Virus record (IMG/VR): IMGVR_UViG_3300044678_003030
Span: 29,957 to 93,956 of that record
DNA from: a virus
Length of the DNA stretch: 64,000 nucleotides
Direction: 5' to 3' (one strand)
Below, piece after piece: positions 9,211-19,596 of this stretch. The notes under the pieces are model-generated. The model had not been told where the DNA came from. It did no database searches and saw only the letters and a program-made list of their open reading frames with translations. The position numbers and the translations under genes were made by a program. Each line of letters opens with the position of its first letter. Positions within the stretch are counted from its first letter, which is position 1.

Positions 9211-9445
9211 CGCCTTCACGCGCATTCACAACCGTGACCACAGCGTCTCGATCGCGTCCACCGGGTCAGACGGAGAGCCGCTGAGCGTTCACGAGCTCTT
9301 CTTTCACTGGGAGATGCTGGGGCGCTACATCGTGAGCAAGGCGGATCTGGCACAGGCGGCTGACTTGCGGTTGGTGCGGTTTCTCACCGCAGTCCTCTCA
9401 CAGGTCAGGCTTCAGGATGTCCTCAAGCCTTCCCCTCCGCTCTGA
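9074..9445 (+). CDS. Hypothetical protein
   Basis: ORF from ATG 9074 with protein-like composition. Confidence 0.5.
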   Translation: MDTSTPTSSLDPTQETRRPYTVLVVDHRPEGASDAEAQAMGAEACDAFTRIHNRDHSVSIASTGSDGEPLSVHELFFHWEMLGRYIVSKADLAQAADLRLVRFLTAVLSQVRLQDVLKPSPPL

Positions 9446-9848
9446 GCCGCCGCTTCGTCGATGTCTTGTAGTCTGGCTGAACTCGTGCCGCGAGAGGGTG
9501 CTCTCGGTGGGTGCGCGGGTTCAGCGCGCCTCCCGCCCCCACACTGACCTTCTGCACGCCGATGTCCCCGTGTGAGTGCACGTAGCCGGCCTTGTGCGCC
9601 TTGGCGCCAGGGGTGTCGAGCACCGTCTTGCGGTTGCCAGAGTCGCCTGTGATCCAGAGGTCAGGGGCTGTGAGGAAGACCTGTTTGGCTGCAAGCCCAC
9701 ACGGCTCGACCACAGGGCTGAAGTCCTCGTTGCAGCGCACAGAGTCTTCGACTCCGCACGGGCACGGCGGGCTGTTTGGCTTGCTGCTGATCGAGCAGAA
9801 GATCTCGAAGGTGTGCCCTTCAGGGCAGCGGAACTCGTAGGTCGGCAT
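9423..9848 (-). CDS. FmdB-family zinc-ribbon protein
   Basis: N-terminal MPTYEFRCPEGHTFE...CPCG. Confidence 0.75.
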   Translation of the reverse strand: MPTYEFRCPEGHTFEIFCSISSKPNSPPCPCGVEDSVRCNEDFSPVVEPCGLAAKQVFLTAPDLWITGDSGNRKTVLDTPGAKAHKAGYVHSHGDIGVQKVSVGAGGALNPRTHREHPLAARVQPDYKTSTKRRLRAEGKA

Positions 9849-9849
9849 G

Positions 9850-11550
9850 TTACTCCGGTCGACAACCAGCGTCTGGGCCGGCCGTCGGTTGCATGGCGGC
9901 GTCGAATGCCACCAGCGGGTCAGGGCTTGCGGTAGACGTTACAGGGTCGGCGGGACGGGTGCCATCAACAGACGTGATGCCTGCGATGACAGGGTCTTCT
10001 TCGCTATCGCCAAAGAAGGTCTCAAACGCTCGCAAGGCCCGAAGCACGGGCTCGGGATCGGGGCCTACGGCGACGAGCACAAACCCCGTGACGTACTCTG
10101 AGCCGAATGTGAAGTCGGGTCGGTCGGGGCTTTCGTCGAGGTCGAATGCGCGCGTCATGTCGCCAAGGAAGGTGCCGACGCTGCCCTGCCCTTGGCCCAC
10201 GTAGCAGTGTGCGCCGGCCTGCGTGTTCATGAGGAGGGCGTTGATTCGTTCAAGATAGCGCGTGAGCTCGTCGGCCTTCTTTGTGTAGCGATCAGCTTCT
10301 CGGGAGAGGAATGTGATCACGGCGTTCGTGTCGTCGTTCACCGTCTTGACCATGTCGCCGAAGACTTGAACCTCTTCCTTCACCCGGTCGATGAGGCCAG
10401 ACACAGCCGGGAACACCCTCGCGACGCTCGGTGTCCGCATCCAGTCAGGAGGTGTCCCGTTCGAAGCTGCGCGGAGGGTACGGCGTCGGTCGAGGCGTAC
10501 CGCAGCGCAAGACGAGAGCGCCGTGAAGCCGAGGTCGGTCTCTCCGCTGCCGCTGTCAGAACGAACCCGGAATGCGACGTTGTAGAAGTAGTCGACACCC
10601 TCATCGAGGTTCGCAGACTCCACCCATCGAGACGTGATGCCGTCGTATCGGTGCAGGGCTACGACTTCTGAGCCGTATTCGCCCTGGATGCCTTGCGAGA
10701 GTTCGCGATTGCCGAACAGGTCTTGGACGACTTGAACGGTACGGACACGAAAGTCGCGCGATCGGATCACTGCGTAGTGCGTCGCTGAGAGCGTGGTGTC
10801 GCCGTCTACGCGGGTGGTCGGCGACATACGATCCCACGTGATCACGACTCGGTTTTGCCTACCCGACGGCCGAGCTCTCACGTTCCTTGGCACGAAGGAC
10901 ACGGCGTTGCGATCGGCCGGGACCGTGTTGGCGTCGGCACCAAGGCCGAGCAGGCGCGAGAAGAACGCGGCCACTGACGCGGCGGCGGTGATGTCCTGAG
11001 CGCCTCCGACGACAATTGTGTAGGCCCAGTAGCTGTCTCGGGTGAACTGAGGCCGGTTCTCGTCGCCAGCGTCGTGCAGGCTATCGGCGACGCATCGCAG
11101 GAACCACGCGTTGCCGCCAACGAAGGCAGCCTCAGGGTCGAAGGCTTGCCGCCACGTCGGGAGATTCTTGAGCTCAGCCGCTGAGCTTACGCCCTTGAGG
11201 ATGTTCGCTACAGGGGCGTCGACGAACGTGCTTGGCCCGCCTTCGGGCGCCGGGATCAGGCCGAGCAACCCCTTTTTTGGAAGCGGCACCACCAAGGCGT
11301 AGACGGCAGCGTCGTCGAGCGCGGCGTCGAGCGCGGCGTTGGCTGTCGCGATCAGCCCTTGGACTGCCGCGTTGAACGCCATGACGTTCGGTTGGTCCAG
11401 GCTCGACGCGAGCGCTCGGGCAGCTTCAAGGGCTACGCGCGCCCCTTGAATCCCGGCTTTCACTGCGTGAAGCCCTTCACTGACCGCCCCGCCCGCTGCG
11501 GAGAGCTCAGCCGGTGGTTTGACGCTTAGGCTCTTCCAAAGTCCGGCCAC
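9850..11550 (-). CDS. Hypothetical protein, probably virion/baseplate-associated (566 aa)
   Basis: Long ORF in the tail operon; beta-rich central region (VVITW...YFYNV). Confidence 0.6.
   Translation of the reverse strand: MAGLWKSLSVKPPAELSAAGGAVSEGLHAVKAGIQGARVALEAARALASSLDQPNVMAFNAAVQGLIATANAALDAALDDAAVYALVVPLPKKGLLGLIPAPEGGPSTFVDAPVANILKGVSSAAELKNLPTWRQAFDPEAAFVGGNAWFLRCVADSLHDAGDENRPQFTRDSYWAYTIVVGGAQDITAAASVAAFFSRLLGLGADANTVPADRNAVSFVPRNVRARPSGRQNRVVITWDRMSPTTRVDGDTTLSATHYAVIRSRDFRVRTVQVVQDLFGNRELSQGIQGEYGSEVVALHRYDGITSRWVESANLDEGVDYFYNVAFRVRSDSGSGETDLGFTALSSCAAVRLDRRRTLRAASNGTPPDWMRTPSVARVFPAVSGLIDRVKEEVQVFGDMVKTVNDDTNAVITFLSREADRYTKKADELTRYLERINALLMNTQAGAHCYVGQGQGSVGTFLGDMTRAFDLDESPDRPDFTFGSEYVTGFVLVAVGPDPEPVLRALRAFETFFGDSEEDPVIAGITSVDGTRPADPVTSTASPDPLVAFDAAMQPTAGPDAGCRPE
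11459..11471. promoter_or_regulatory. TTCAC-N3-GTGAA site
   Basis: TTCACTGCGTGAA. Confidence 0.85.
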
Positions 11551-11685
11551 GCGCCGCCTCCAGTTGTTGTATGCGCGTCAGCTTGTCCTCTAGCTCGCGC
11601 TGCATTAGGGTGACCAGAGTCTGCGCCACTCGTTCAATCGCGTGAAGGACGCGTGGCCGTCTCGTCCACATGGGAAGAAGGGTAC

Positions 11686-12255
11686 ATGAAGATCTCGGAA
11701 TATCACAAGGCTCACGGGCTCTCTGGCGTTCTCCGTGCGTTCGACTCGAACACAGAGATCCACTTCACGTTCGAGAAGGGCAAGACTCGAACGGGGGTTG
11801 AGCTCAACCTCGGGGGGCACATCATCGAAGGCTACCTGGAGATCACAGGTGTGCCGACCAAGGATCCGAACGCTGAGTTCGACGTGGCTCTGAGCCTTCT
11901 GGTCGGTCCGCGCCCTGCGCAGGACTACCAGCCCAATCCTCGGTCTGTCGGGGGCAACAAGGGTCCCGTCGCGACCCCGGAGCCCACCTACGAGCTTCCC
12001 CCTGCGCCTCCTGGCATGGTGCCGATCGCGGAGAAGAAGACGGAGCCGGCGAAGTACGAGCCTGTCGGCAGATTCGACCCAGGACCCCCGCCGCCGCCCC
12101 CGGAGCCGGCCGAGGTGGATGAGCCGGAGCCCGAGACGGCGAAGCTCGCCGTGATCCTCACGCCCGAGGAGGTCAGGAAGCAGGAGCAGCAGGGGCAGAA
12201 GGAGCAGCAGGGGCAGAAGTCGCAGAAGGCTCAGAAGGCCCAGAAGGGCCGCTGA
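11686..12255 (+). CDS. Hypothetical protein with Pro-rich and Q/K-repeat tail
   Basis: ATG 11686 after purine-rich leader; high GC3; KEQQGQ and QKA repeats. Confidence 0.65.
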   Translation: MKISEYHKAHGLSGVLRAFDSNTEIHFTFEKGKTRTGVELNLGGHIIEGYLEITGVPTKDPNAEFDVALSLLVGPRPAQDYQPNPRSVGGNKGPVATPEPTYELPPAPPGMVPIAEKKTEPAKYEPVGRFDPGPPPPPPEPAEVDEPEPETAKLAVILTPEEVRKQEQQGQKEQQGQKSQKAQKAQKGR

Positions 12256-13443
12256 TCAGGACGCGACGCCGACGGTTCCTGAGAGGATGACCTCGTCGAG
12301 GCTGAGCGCGACGAGGGCATCTTCACCGGCCACGCAGCCGGCAGTGACCAGGGCGGTGTCGGCGACCTGGAGCGTCACGGCGGTGTCCGTGTACGCGATC
12401 ACGTCCACGCTCGCGCCACCGATCGAAGCCACCGGGGTCTCGCCGCAGCCGCCGCAGAGGTAGGTGCGGGGGATCGGAGTGCTCGCCACGACGTCGTCGC
12501 CGTTCGTGCCCACGACCTCGGCGAAGAAGTGCTTCTGCGCCGTCGCGTTGTTGTTGATCTGCGCTGCGACGACGCTCGCGTCCGCATTTCCGCTGCCCGT
12601 CGCCGGGGTGACGGTCAGCAGCTTCGTGCTCGTGTTCACGGCCACCGACCCACCCCCCGACGGGGCGAGCACGGTGACGGACCACTCGTTCCCACGGCTC
12701 CCAGGCAGCAGCCGCGTGACGCGCAGGCGCGTGCGAGCGAGCGTGGTCGGGAGGTCCACGAACGCCTGCCCGGCGCCAGCGTGGCGCTCGTTGTGGGTGA
12801 GGACGATCCCGTTCACCGGGCATCGCACGTCTCCGGTGCCGCCGCCGACGCAGGTCACGTGCTTGGTCACCGCGCCAGTGAACTGCGCAGCGATCGTGTT
12901 CGCCTGCGTTCCGCTGCCGCCCGACGCCGGGGTCACGTTGACCGTGACAGCACCGTCCAGGCCGTAGACGAGCTCCACGCCCGCCGAGCCAGGGGCCTTG
13001 AGGTTGATCGTGACCTTCTGACCGCGAGGGCCCTTCCCGGCAGCCGTGAACGTGAGCTGGCTCGACCCGGTACCGAGCACGGCCGACGCCTTGCGGCCAG
13101 CGATCAGGTTCTGACCACGGAAGGTGACGCTCTGGGTTCCACCAGAGAGGGAGAGGGCGCCGCCCTCTGCCTGGAGGAACCGGGGGCGCTCGTCAGACAG
13201 GACGTCGTAGCTCATGAGTGGAGACGTCCGGGTGGTGCCGGGGATCTGAACTCGCATCTGCGAGAGCTTCTCCAGCGACTGCCGGATTCCGGTCTCGAAC
13301 TCCGAGCGGGTCACGTAGATCTCGGCGCTCTGCCCTGCCGAGAGCGACACGGAGACGAACTGCTGGTCGAGCTTGTAGGGGGTCAGCCCGACGAAGTCGC
13401 CGACCGAGAAGTCGCCAAAGGCGGTGATGGCAATGCGGATCAT
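12256..13443 (-). CDS. Virion structural (tail-associated) protein
   Basis: Gly/Thr/Val-rich with internal repeats (T..PA.G....A..AAQ); GGAG RBS; tail operon position. Confidence 0.6.
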   Translation of the reverse strand: MIRIAITAFGDFSVGDFVGLTPYKLDQQFVSVSLSAGQSAEIYVTRSEFETGIRQSLEKLSQMRVQIPGTTRTSPLMSYDVLSDERPRFLQAEGGALSLSGGTQSVTFRGQNLIAGRKASAVLGTGSSQLTFTAAGKGPRGQKVTINLKAPGSAGVELVYGLDGAVTVNVTPASGGSGTQANTIAAQFTGAVTKHVTCVGGGTGDVRCPVNGIVLTHNERHAGAGQAFVDLPTTLARTRLRVTRLLPGSRGNEWSVTVLAPSGGGSVAVNTSTKLLTVTPATGSGNADASVVAAQINNNATAQKHFFAEVVGTNGDDVVASTPIPRTYLCGGCGETPVASIGGASVDVIAYTDTAVTLQVADTALVTAGCVAGEDALVALSLDEVILSGTVGVAS

Positions 13444-13477
13444 CTATCTCTCCTGGAGGTGGTCGTTCGCGACGTAA

Positions 13478-14830
13478 TCATAGGACCACGTCTTCATTCT
13501 TCATCGAGTTCAGGTCGATGCTCAGCGGGGAGCCGATGAGCGGCGCGAGCGACGGGGATGCGACAGGTCCTGGGTGCACATGAGCCCCGACGAGGGCCTT
13601 CGTGTTGTTGTAGTCGGCTTGGAGCGCCTCAAGCTGCGTACGCAGCGCCTCGTAGTTCACGGCGTGAAAACGGGGGTTGCGGCCGAGCTTTACTCCATCA
13701 GGAATGGTGGTCTTGAGGATGACCGACCCAGTGCCCATCTCGACGGTGTAGTCGCCTGTTCTCGTCCGGTGTGTCTGTCCGCCCGTTACGACGGTCACGT
13801 CGAGACCGCCGCCGTAGGTGAAGTTGCCGCGCCCTGCGACTGTCGCGCGATCGTCGCGCAATACGGTCGAGGATCTGTCTTGGCCGACAGAGAGCGCGTC
13901 GTTGCCTGAGACTTCAGCGCGGCGCCCTGCCTCATAGAGCGATGACGCGGCGCCTGCGATACGAATCGTGTCAGTCCCGGCGACTTGAGTATCGCGGTCA
14001 CCGGCGATTCGGACAGGCGCGCTTCCTCCACCATCTGTTTGGTCGATGCCGCCTGCGGCAAAGATCTCCAGCCGGCCTTCAGCGCTGACGTGCCAGCGGA
14101 ACAATGTTTGACCGCGCGGTGTCGTGATCTCGAAGTTCACGAGGTCCCCGAGGTGCCCCACATCCAGGTGGATTGTGTAGCGAGATTCGTCGGGCCCTGT
14201 CTGGGTGAGCTGGTCTGCGCCGCCGCGCCACGTGAAGGACGTCTTGCCGTCTTCGTTGATGACTCTGGACTCTCCCATCCAGGTGAGGATGCTCATCACC
14301 CCTGCGATGAGCTGGACGTGGTCGTTGTCACCAAAGAGGCGTAGCTGCGCGAGCGGCCCTCCGCTCAACAGCGCCACAGGTCCTTGCCCGAGCGCCAATG
14401 CTGCGCCACCCGGGCCACGGAGCACTGTGTCTCCCGGCAACAGGTCGTTCGGCTCATCACCGGCGCGTGCTGTGGCGCCGTAGTTACGTGCGAGGTTCGG
14501 GTCTTGGCCACCGTAGCCGCTGACACCCATGACGGACTCTTCGCGGCGACCCTCGGTGCGGCGACCCTCAGGGGGGAGGATGCCCACGATGTAGGGCTCT
14601 CCGAGAGAGTGGTCGACGACGACAGGTGTGCCGTTTGGAATGAGACCGAGGTCTCCTGGAAACGCGCGCATGCGTGGCATGGCAGCGACGCCGTTGGCGA
14701 TGGCAACTTGATAGACGTGTCCGTCAGCATCACAGCTCACCACAGATCCGCGCTCGCGCCGGTTGTGTGGTGAGGCTGTCGGTGATGGAGGTGGACTCGG
14801 AGGAGCGGCAGGTGAACGTCGGCGAACCAT
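13478..14830 (-). CDS. Baseplate central spike (gp5/gpV/VgrG-like)
   Basis: OB-like N-terminus (GTPVVV..PYIVG), VxG beta-helix repeats, C-terminal HVH metal-binding tip; likely start MVRRRS. Confidence 0.65.
   Translation of the reverse strand: MVRRRSPAAPPSPPPSPTASPHNRRERGSVVSCDADGHVYQVAIANGVAAMPRMRAFPGDLGLIPNGTPVVVDHSLGEPYIVGILPPEGRRTEGRREESVMGVSGYGGQDPNLARNYGATARAGDEPNDLLPGDTVLRGPGGAALALGQGPVALLSGGPLAQLRLFGDNDHVQLIAGVMSILTWMGESRVINEDGKTSFTWRGGADQLTQTGPDESRYTIHLDVGHLGDLVNFEITTPRGQTLFRWHVSAEGRLEIFAAGGIDQTDGGGSAPVRIAGDRDTQVAGTDTIRIAGAASSLYEAGRRAEVSGNDALSVGQDRSSTVLRDDRATVAGRGNFTYGGGLDVTVVTGGQTHRTRTGDYTVEMGTGSVILKTTIPDGVKLGRNPRFHAVNYEALRTQLEALQADYNNTKALVGAHVHPGPVASPSLAPLIGSPLSIDLNSMKNEDVVL
13656..13668. 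promoter_or_regulatory. TTCAC-N3-GTGAA site
   Basis: TTCACGGCGTGAA. Confidence 0.85.
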
Positions 14831-14852
14831 GAGGATCGCGAGCCTACGCCGC

Positions 14853-15635
14853 TTACGGGAGAGAAGCCACCGTGGGGTCACCCAGCGCGGCGTCAGGGAA
14901 GCCGCCGACCCGGTTCGAGATCGGTGTGGGGAACACGTCGTTCGCGAGGCCGAGCACAGCGTCCATGAGGTTGCGCCCGACTTCAGGGTTCTCCATCGAG
15001 TCGGTCGCTTGGTAGGGCAGCACGCGATCACACATGCCCGACACGGCCTCGGCGATCATGTTGCCGCCCGAGGTGATCTGCGCACCCCAGGAGTCGATCA
15101 TGCAGAGCTCCAGGTAGAACGACATGATCGAGGTGTGCGACTTCGACTTGACGATCACCGCCATCCCGAACGGGATGTAGAAGAGTTCGCTGTCGAGGTT
15201 CAGGAACGCTTGCGAGTCAGGCTGCCCCTCGAACGCCGCAGGGTCGTCGAAGCGGTCCACCTGGATGCCGGCTTCGACGGCGTTGTGGTAGAGCGCTCGC
15301 AGGAGGTTGCGCCCGTTGATCAGGCAGCGGTTGACCTGCCAACGGGACTGCGACTTGCCGCGAAGGAAGAAGGAGCGGCCCGAGCCGATGGCCATCACCG
15401 GAGTGAGCGGCACGCTCGTCTGCACAGAGAAGTTCAAGAACATCCCGAGCGCCATCAGCGTACGGGTGGAGCTTCGCTGCGGCCGAACGACTCCCTTACG
15501 AGCAGGGCCCGCGAGGATGAGCGTGTCGTCCGGGTGCGCGGCCTCGTAGGCCGAGTTGTCGAGCATGCGCTCGACGTGGTGACGCTGGAAGTTCCAGGAA
15601 CCCAGCGACTTGGTCACTCCGATCGGGTATGCCAT
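14853..15635 (-). CDS. Tail tube-like protein
   Basis: 260 aa, downstream of sheath; beta-rich pattern (NFSVQ..IGSGR..YLELCMIDSWG). Confidence 0.55.
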   Translation of the reverse strand: MAYPIGVTKSLGSWNFQRHHVERMLDNSAYEAAHPDDTLILAGPARKGVVRPQRSSTRTLMALGMFLNFSVQTSVPLTPVMAIGSGRSFFLRGKSQSRWQVNRCLINGRNLLRALYHNAVEAGIQVDRFDDPAAFEGQPDSQAFLNLDSELFYIPFGMAVIVKSKSHTSIMSFYLELCMIDSWGAQITSGGNMIAEAVSGMCDRVLPYQATDSMENPEVGRNLMDAVLGLANDVFPTPISNRVGGFPDAALGDPTVASLP

Positions 15636-15661
15636 CCTCTATCTCCGGGTGAAAGCGTAGG

Positions 15662-16264
15662 TCAGTGAGCCTGCTGCGGGCGTAGCGCTGAGTGGAGCAT
15701 ACCCGCCCCCATGACACCGAGACCGCCGACGTCGTAGAGGCTCATCGAGTCACCGTGTCGGACTTTGTCAGCCGAAGTGAGCCCGAGTGTCGCCAAGCCG
15801 AAAGCGTTGAGCGCCGTCGTCAGGTCTTGGTTGTCGTGGATACGGTCGGAGAGGTACGGCAGCAGAAAGGCGCCGTAGCCGGCGGCGTTGGCGGCGCGGT
15901 GCCACGCCGGATCGTCATTCGCGCGCTTCGTGAGCCCACCGAGCGACAGTGTTTCACTCAGTGAAGCGCTCAGCTTGACGGTGGACTGCGGCTTGAACGC
16001 CGGCTGCGAGGTCGTCATCTTGAAAGACCCGGCAGGGTCCTTGAAACTGTCTTTGATGTGACTCGCGTTGAAGCCAAGCGTCGACGCAAGGCCCGTTCCC
16101 GACTGGCCGATGAGCCCGCCTACGAGCGGTACCTTGCTGCGCGCGAAGTTGTACGCGAACTGCCCCGCACCGCTGGAGAGAGCCTTGGACCCGAAGGCCT
16201 TGGCTCCGGCCAGCGCGAGACCGCCGGCCAGGGCGGTCTTTTCGCAGAGACCGCCGAGGGGCAT
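15662..16264 (-). CDS. Hypothetical K-x-A-containing protein with hydrophobic segments
   Basis: EKTA and TKRA each followed by Gly/Ala-rich hydrophobic modules. Confidence 0.6.
   Translation of the reverse strand: MPLGGLCEKTALAGGLALAGAKAFGSKALSSGAGQFAYNFARSKVPLVGGLIGQSGTGLASTLGFNASHIKDSFKDPAGSFKMTTSQPAFKPQSTVKLSASLSETLSLGGLTKRANDDPAWHRAANAAGYGAFLLPYLSDRIHDNQDLTTALNAFGLATLGLTSADKVRHGDSMSLYDVGGLGVMGAGMLHSALRPQQAH
15953..15965. promoter_or_regulatory. TTCAC-N3-GTGAA site
   Basis: TTCACTCAGTGAA. Confidence 0.85.
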
Positions 16265-19200
16265 CAGACCACCACGTAGAGATCGATGCCGTTGACGGGC
16301 TTCGCGATTTCGACGTTGACGTACATCTGGTAGCGGTCCTTGGCGAAGTCAGCGACCTTGATCAGGTTGACCTTGCCGTCGACCAGAGGCGGGCCGATGC
16401 GAGCGACGCGCCGCCCCTTGAGGTTCTCCATGCCATCAGAGACGGCACGGAACATCTCGTTGCTCGTCTCGGGGAGCACGTTGTACTGCCCGAGGAAGTC
16501 TTCGAGGATGTCCTGGAGGAACATCGACACGAAGTCGAGGTTGCGCACCACCGAGAGCTCGCCGGTCTCGACGGCCGTCGTGTCGGTGGTGAGCTGGTGC
16601 AGGCACACCGGCAGATCGGTCGGGCGGCGCTGGTGTAGGACGAACCAGCCACCATCGGAGAGCCGCGAGAGCTGACGCTCGTTGAAGTAGCCGGTCGAGT
16701 AGCGCAGGCGCCGGATGCCGGCGAACCCCAGGTTCGTGAGGCCGGCCTGAGGCGGGAGACCCGCGAGGGCACCACCGACGATCGCAGCCGCGTAGAAGCC
16801 AGGGAGCCACCCGGAAGGCTCTGCCACCGTAGGCACCGTTCGCGGCACCGACCCGTCGGGGATGTCCGCGAGTTCCACGTCCGAGGGCCATACGAGCGTG
16901 ACGCGCTTGGTGCGGAAGCTCTGCGCGAGGCTTGTCAGGGTGGTGACCTGCTCGTCCTTCGAGAGCGAGCGGCGCACACGGTAGCGCATGGCGTTGGGGG
17001 CCGCGTTGTCGACGGAGCGGCCTGCGTAGTCCCGCATGTAGTAGTGCGGGAGCTCGTTCGACGCAGACGAGGAGTCGTCGCGCCCGTTCTGGATCAGGAT
17101 CCGCTGCTCGTTGATCACCTGCGCCACGAGGTAGGTGTGCACGCGCCCATCGAACGCACCCGACGTGTAGTCGTTCGCGTCGATCGGGATCTCGATCGTG
17201 TCGCCAGGGCGGATGTTGGAGGTGAGGAACGTCGCCTGCGCGTCTTCCAGCCGGTCGAAGAGCGCGTCGTTGATGATCACCTCTGCCGCGTTGGTGCTCA
17301 CCGCGAGCTCAACGGCCGTGGCCGCGACCGCGCCCGTGACGGTAGATGTGCCGTTCGCCAGCACCTCTGCCGTGACGATCCCAGAGATCACGGTGTGCGC
17401 GTCGGCCAGCGCCTTGACGGCGTTGTGCGTGGTCACGTTGTTCACGTACGTGACGGTGATCGCGAAGCCAGAGATCGTGATACCCGGGGCAGTACCCGCG
17501 ACGTACGCGACAGTGTACGGCCCGCCGAAGACCGTCGGTGCACGCATCGACCAACGGATCTGGCCGGTGTTCTGCGTGATCGTGACCGCAGCGAGCTTGG
17601 AGACACGAGTCGTGCCGTCAGGCCCCTTGATCTGGATCTCGATGTCGCCAGCGCCCGTGCCAGCGGTGTCGTCCCACCGGCTCGTTCCCGGTTCGATCTC
17701 CAGCACCGAAGCGTTCCCGGGGTACGCCGGGTTCGTATCGGTGTAGTTGTTGTTGACGTGCGAGACGCGATGCGTTCCACGACGGTTCTGCCAACCGGAG
17801 GGAGCGCCGGAAGACGGGAGGCCGAACGTGATCAGGTCTCCAGGGAGCACAGCGGCGAGGCTGAACACCGCAGCAGCATTGACGGACACCGTACGGTACT
17901 TGCCAGAAGAGGCGCCCGGCTGCTGCGCGATGCCGTTGATCGTGCCGTCGTACACGGTCTCCGCCACAGGGAGGACACCGCTGCCGAGCACGCCACGAAA
18001 CTTCTGCTGTACACCGTCGCGGATCGCGGCGGTCGGATCGGACAGGGTGTCGACCCCGAACTTGTACGACGCCAGGATCGACGTGTCGTTCGTCAGCGGC
18101 ACGACCGCCCACATGTCACGACGGGCCTCCATGGCGGCGAGCGCCACAGCGTGACCGCCTGCGTCGTCCGACGGGACGCCGAAGTACATCATCGGTGCGG
18201 TGCCCGAGTTTTCGAGCGCCTTCTTCAGGCCGACCGCCAGGGGGTTGCGCGCATCTACGCGGCCGATACCCGTGATGTTCGTCACTCCGCTGCGCGACAC
18301 GACGTCGACGGCGCTCACGCTGCCGATCTCCTGGAGATCCTGGCGCAGCGCGCGGTAGGCGAGGTAGACCTGCGCGTAAGAGAGGCGGCGGCTGGCCGTG
18401 GAGGTCGACGGAGACGGCGTCGCCACCGAGGGCACGGGCGTGATGGCCACGCTGAGGGAGATGCCGCCCTTGAGCACCATCTGGTCATTCCCGGGCAGCG
18501 GGAACGTGATGTACTCGTGGTTTTCGTCGAGGAGCTCGGTGTTCGCGAGCGTACGCTCGATTCGGGCCTCGCCCGTAGCGTTGTAGGCCCAGAGCGAGGC
18601 GCTCGTCGCGCCTCCGGCCATGCCGGTCACGACGAAGCCAACGTGCGTGACCGTCTCCGTGACCGACTGATTACCCTCGGCGCCGCCGATGGTGTTGATC
18701 AGGTCGATGCCATCAGTGCCGTAGTTCGTAGTGTCGATGTTGAGCGACGGGGCAGCGTCGATGGCGGCCTTGATGAGCGCGCGCATCTGGGTCGCGGTCT
18801 CCGAGCCCGTGAAGATGATCCGACGAAGCGTCGCCGTCGGGGTCACCGAGGCATCGCTGTCGAACTGAAAGGTCACGGCCGGGTTGGTGCCGTCGTTGAG
18901 GACGAACGTTTCGCCGTCGGCGATGTTCGCGCCGGTGGTCGTCACGATGCGCCCCGTGGCCTTTGCGTCGCCCGTGGGCAGCGCCGACGTGATGCGGAGC
19001 TTGGTCGCGTCGGTGGCGAGTCCGTCTGCGTTGGGTTCGCCGACGGTCATCACTGTACGGACGACGGACTGCGTACCGCGCGACGAGGTCACGATGACGC
19101 GGTCACCGGGACGCACCCCGGCAGCGATGAGGTCTCCCCCAGGGAACGTCAGCAGCGTGCGGTCGCTCTCGGAAGTGGTGACCGACGACCCGAGCGACGA

Positions 19201-19536
19201 CCCGAGGCTCGCCTGGGTTGATCCGAGGATGACCTTCGGGGCGCCGAGGTAGATGCGGACGGAGGTGTGGTCGACCACGGATCCAGGGCTCTGCGCCGGG
19301 TAGGCGTTGACCGTGACCGCAGCTTCCCCGGTTGCAGGGGGCGTGTAGACGTCGCTCCCTCCCGCAGGTCGATCGAGCGACCCGTAGGTTGAGTCGAGGA
19401 GGATCTCTGCCGCGTCCTCGGGGTAGTCCTTGATGTCGTAGCAAGGGCCTACGATGATCGAGTTGAGGTCCGGGGTTGTCGGCGTCCCCGAGGGCTGCTG
19501 GATTTCCTGATAGACAGTGACAAGCGGTCGGGCCAC
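16264..19536 (-). CDS. Tail sheath protein (contractile tail), 1090 aa
   Basis: N-terminal RPLVTVYQE; C-terminal HQLTT..ELSVVRNLDFV..FLGQYN..VEIAKPVNGIDL typical of sheath proteins. Confidence 0.8.
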   Translation of the reverse strand: MARPLVTVYQEIQQPSGTPTTPDLNSIIVGPCYDIKDYPEDAAEILLDSTYGSLDRPAGGSDVYTPPATGEAAVTVNAYPAQSPGSVVDHTSVRIYLGAPKVILGSTQASLGSSLGSSVTTSESDRTLLTFPGGDLIAAGVRPGDRVIVTSSRGTQSVVRTVMTVGEPNADGLATDATKLRITSALPTGDAKATGRIVTTTGANIADGETFVLNDGTNPAVTFQFDSDASVTPTATLRRIIFTGSETATQMRALIKAAIDAAPSLNIDTTNYGTDGIDLINTIGGAEGNQSVTETVTHVGFVVTGMAGGATSASLWAYNATGEARIERTLANTELLDENHEYITFPLPGNDQMVLKGGISLSVAITPVPSVATPSPSTSTASRRLSYAQVYLAYRALRQDLQEIGSVSAVDVVSRSGVTNITGIGRVDARNPLAVGLKKALENSGTAPMMYFGVPSDDAGGHAVALAAMEARRDMWAVVPLTNDTSILASYKFGVDTLSDPTAAIRDGVQQKFRGVLGSGVLPVAETVYDGTINGIAQQPGASSGKYRTVSVNAAAVFSLAAVLPGDLITFGLPSSGAPSGWQNRRGTHRVSHVNNNYTDTNPAYPGNASVLEIEPGTSRWDDTAGTGAGDIEIQIKGPDGTTRVSKLAAVTITQNTGQIRWSMRAPTVFGGPYTVAYVAGTAPGITISGFAITVTYVNNVTTHNAVKALADAHTVISGIVTAEVLANGTSTVTGAVAATAVELAVSTNAAEVIINDALFDRLEDAQATFLTSNIRPGDTIEIPIDANDYTSGAFDGRVHTYLVAQVINEQRILIQNGRDDSSSASNELPHYYMRDYAGRSVDNAAPNAMRYRVRRSLSKDEQVTTLTSLAQSFRTKRVTLVWPSDVELADIPDGSVPRTVPTVAEPSGWLPGFYAAAIVGGALAGLPPQAGLTNLGFAGIRRLRYSTGYFNERQLSRLSDGGWFVLHQRRPTDLPVCLHQLTTDTTAVETGELSVVRNLDFVSMFLQDILEDFLGQYNVLPETSNEMFRAVSDGMENLKGRRVARIGPPLVDGKVNLIKVADFAKDRYQMYVNVEIAKPVNGIDLYVVV

Positions 19537-19583
19537 GGTTTGGTCTCCTTGAGGTCTCGCAGGAAGGTTAGGTGCAGGTGGAT

Positions 19584-19596
19584 TTCACCGCGTGAA
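19584..19596. promoter_or_regulatory. TTCAC-N3-GTGAA site
   Basis: TTCACCGCGTGAA; contains a stop codon. Confidence 0.85.

Noticed and set aside
17044-19221. Long + strand ORFs (725 aa here; also 21162-22781, 29998-32049, 33053-34459)
   Set aside because: Antisense shadows of high-GC3 real genes; Arg/His-rich with no motifs
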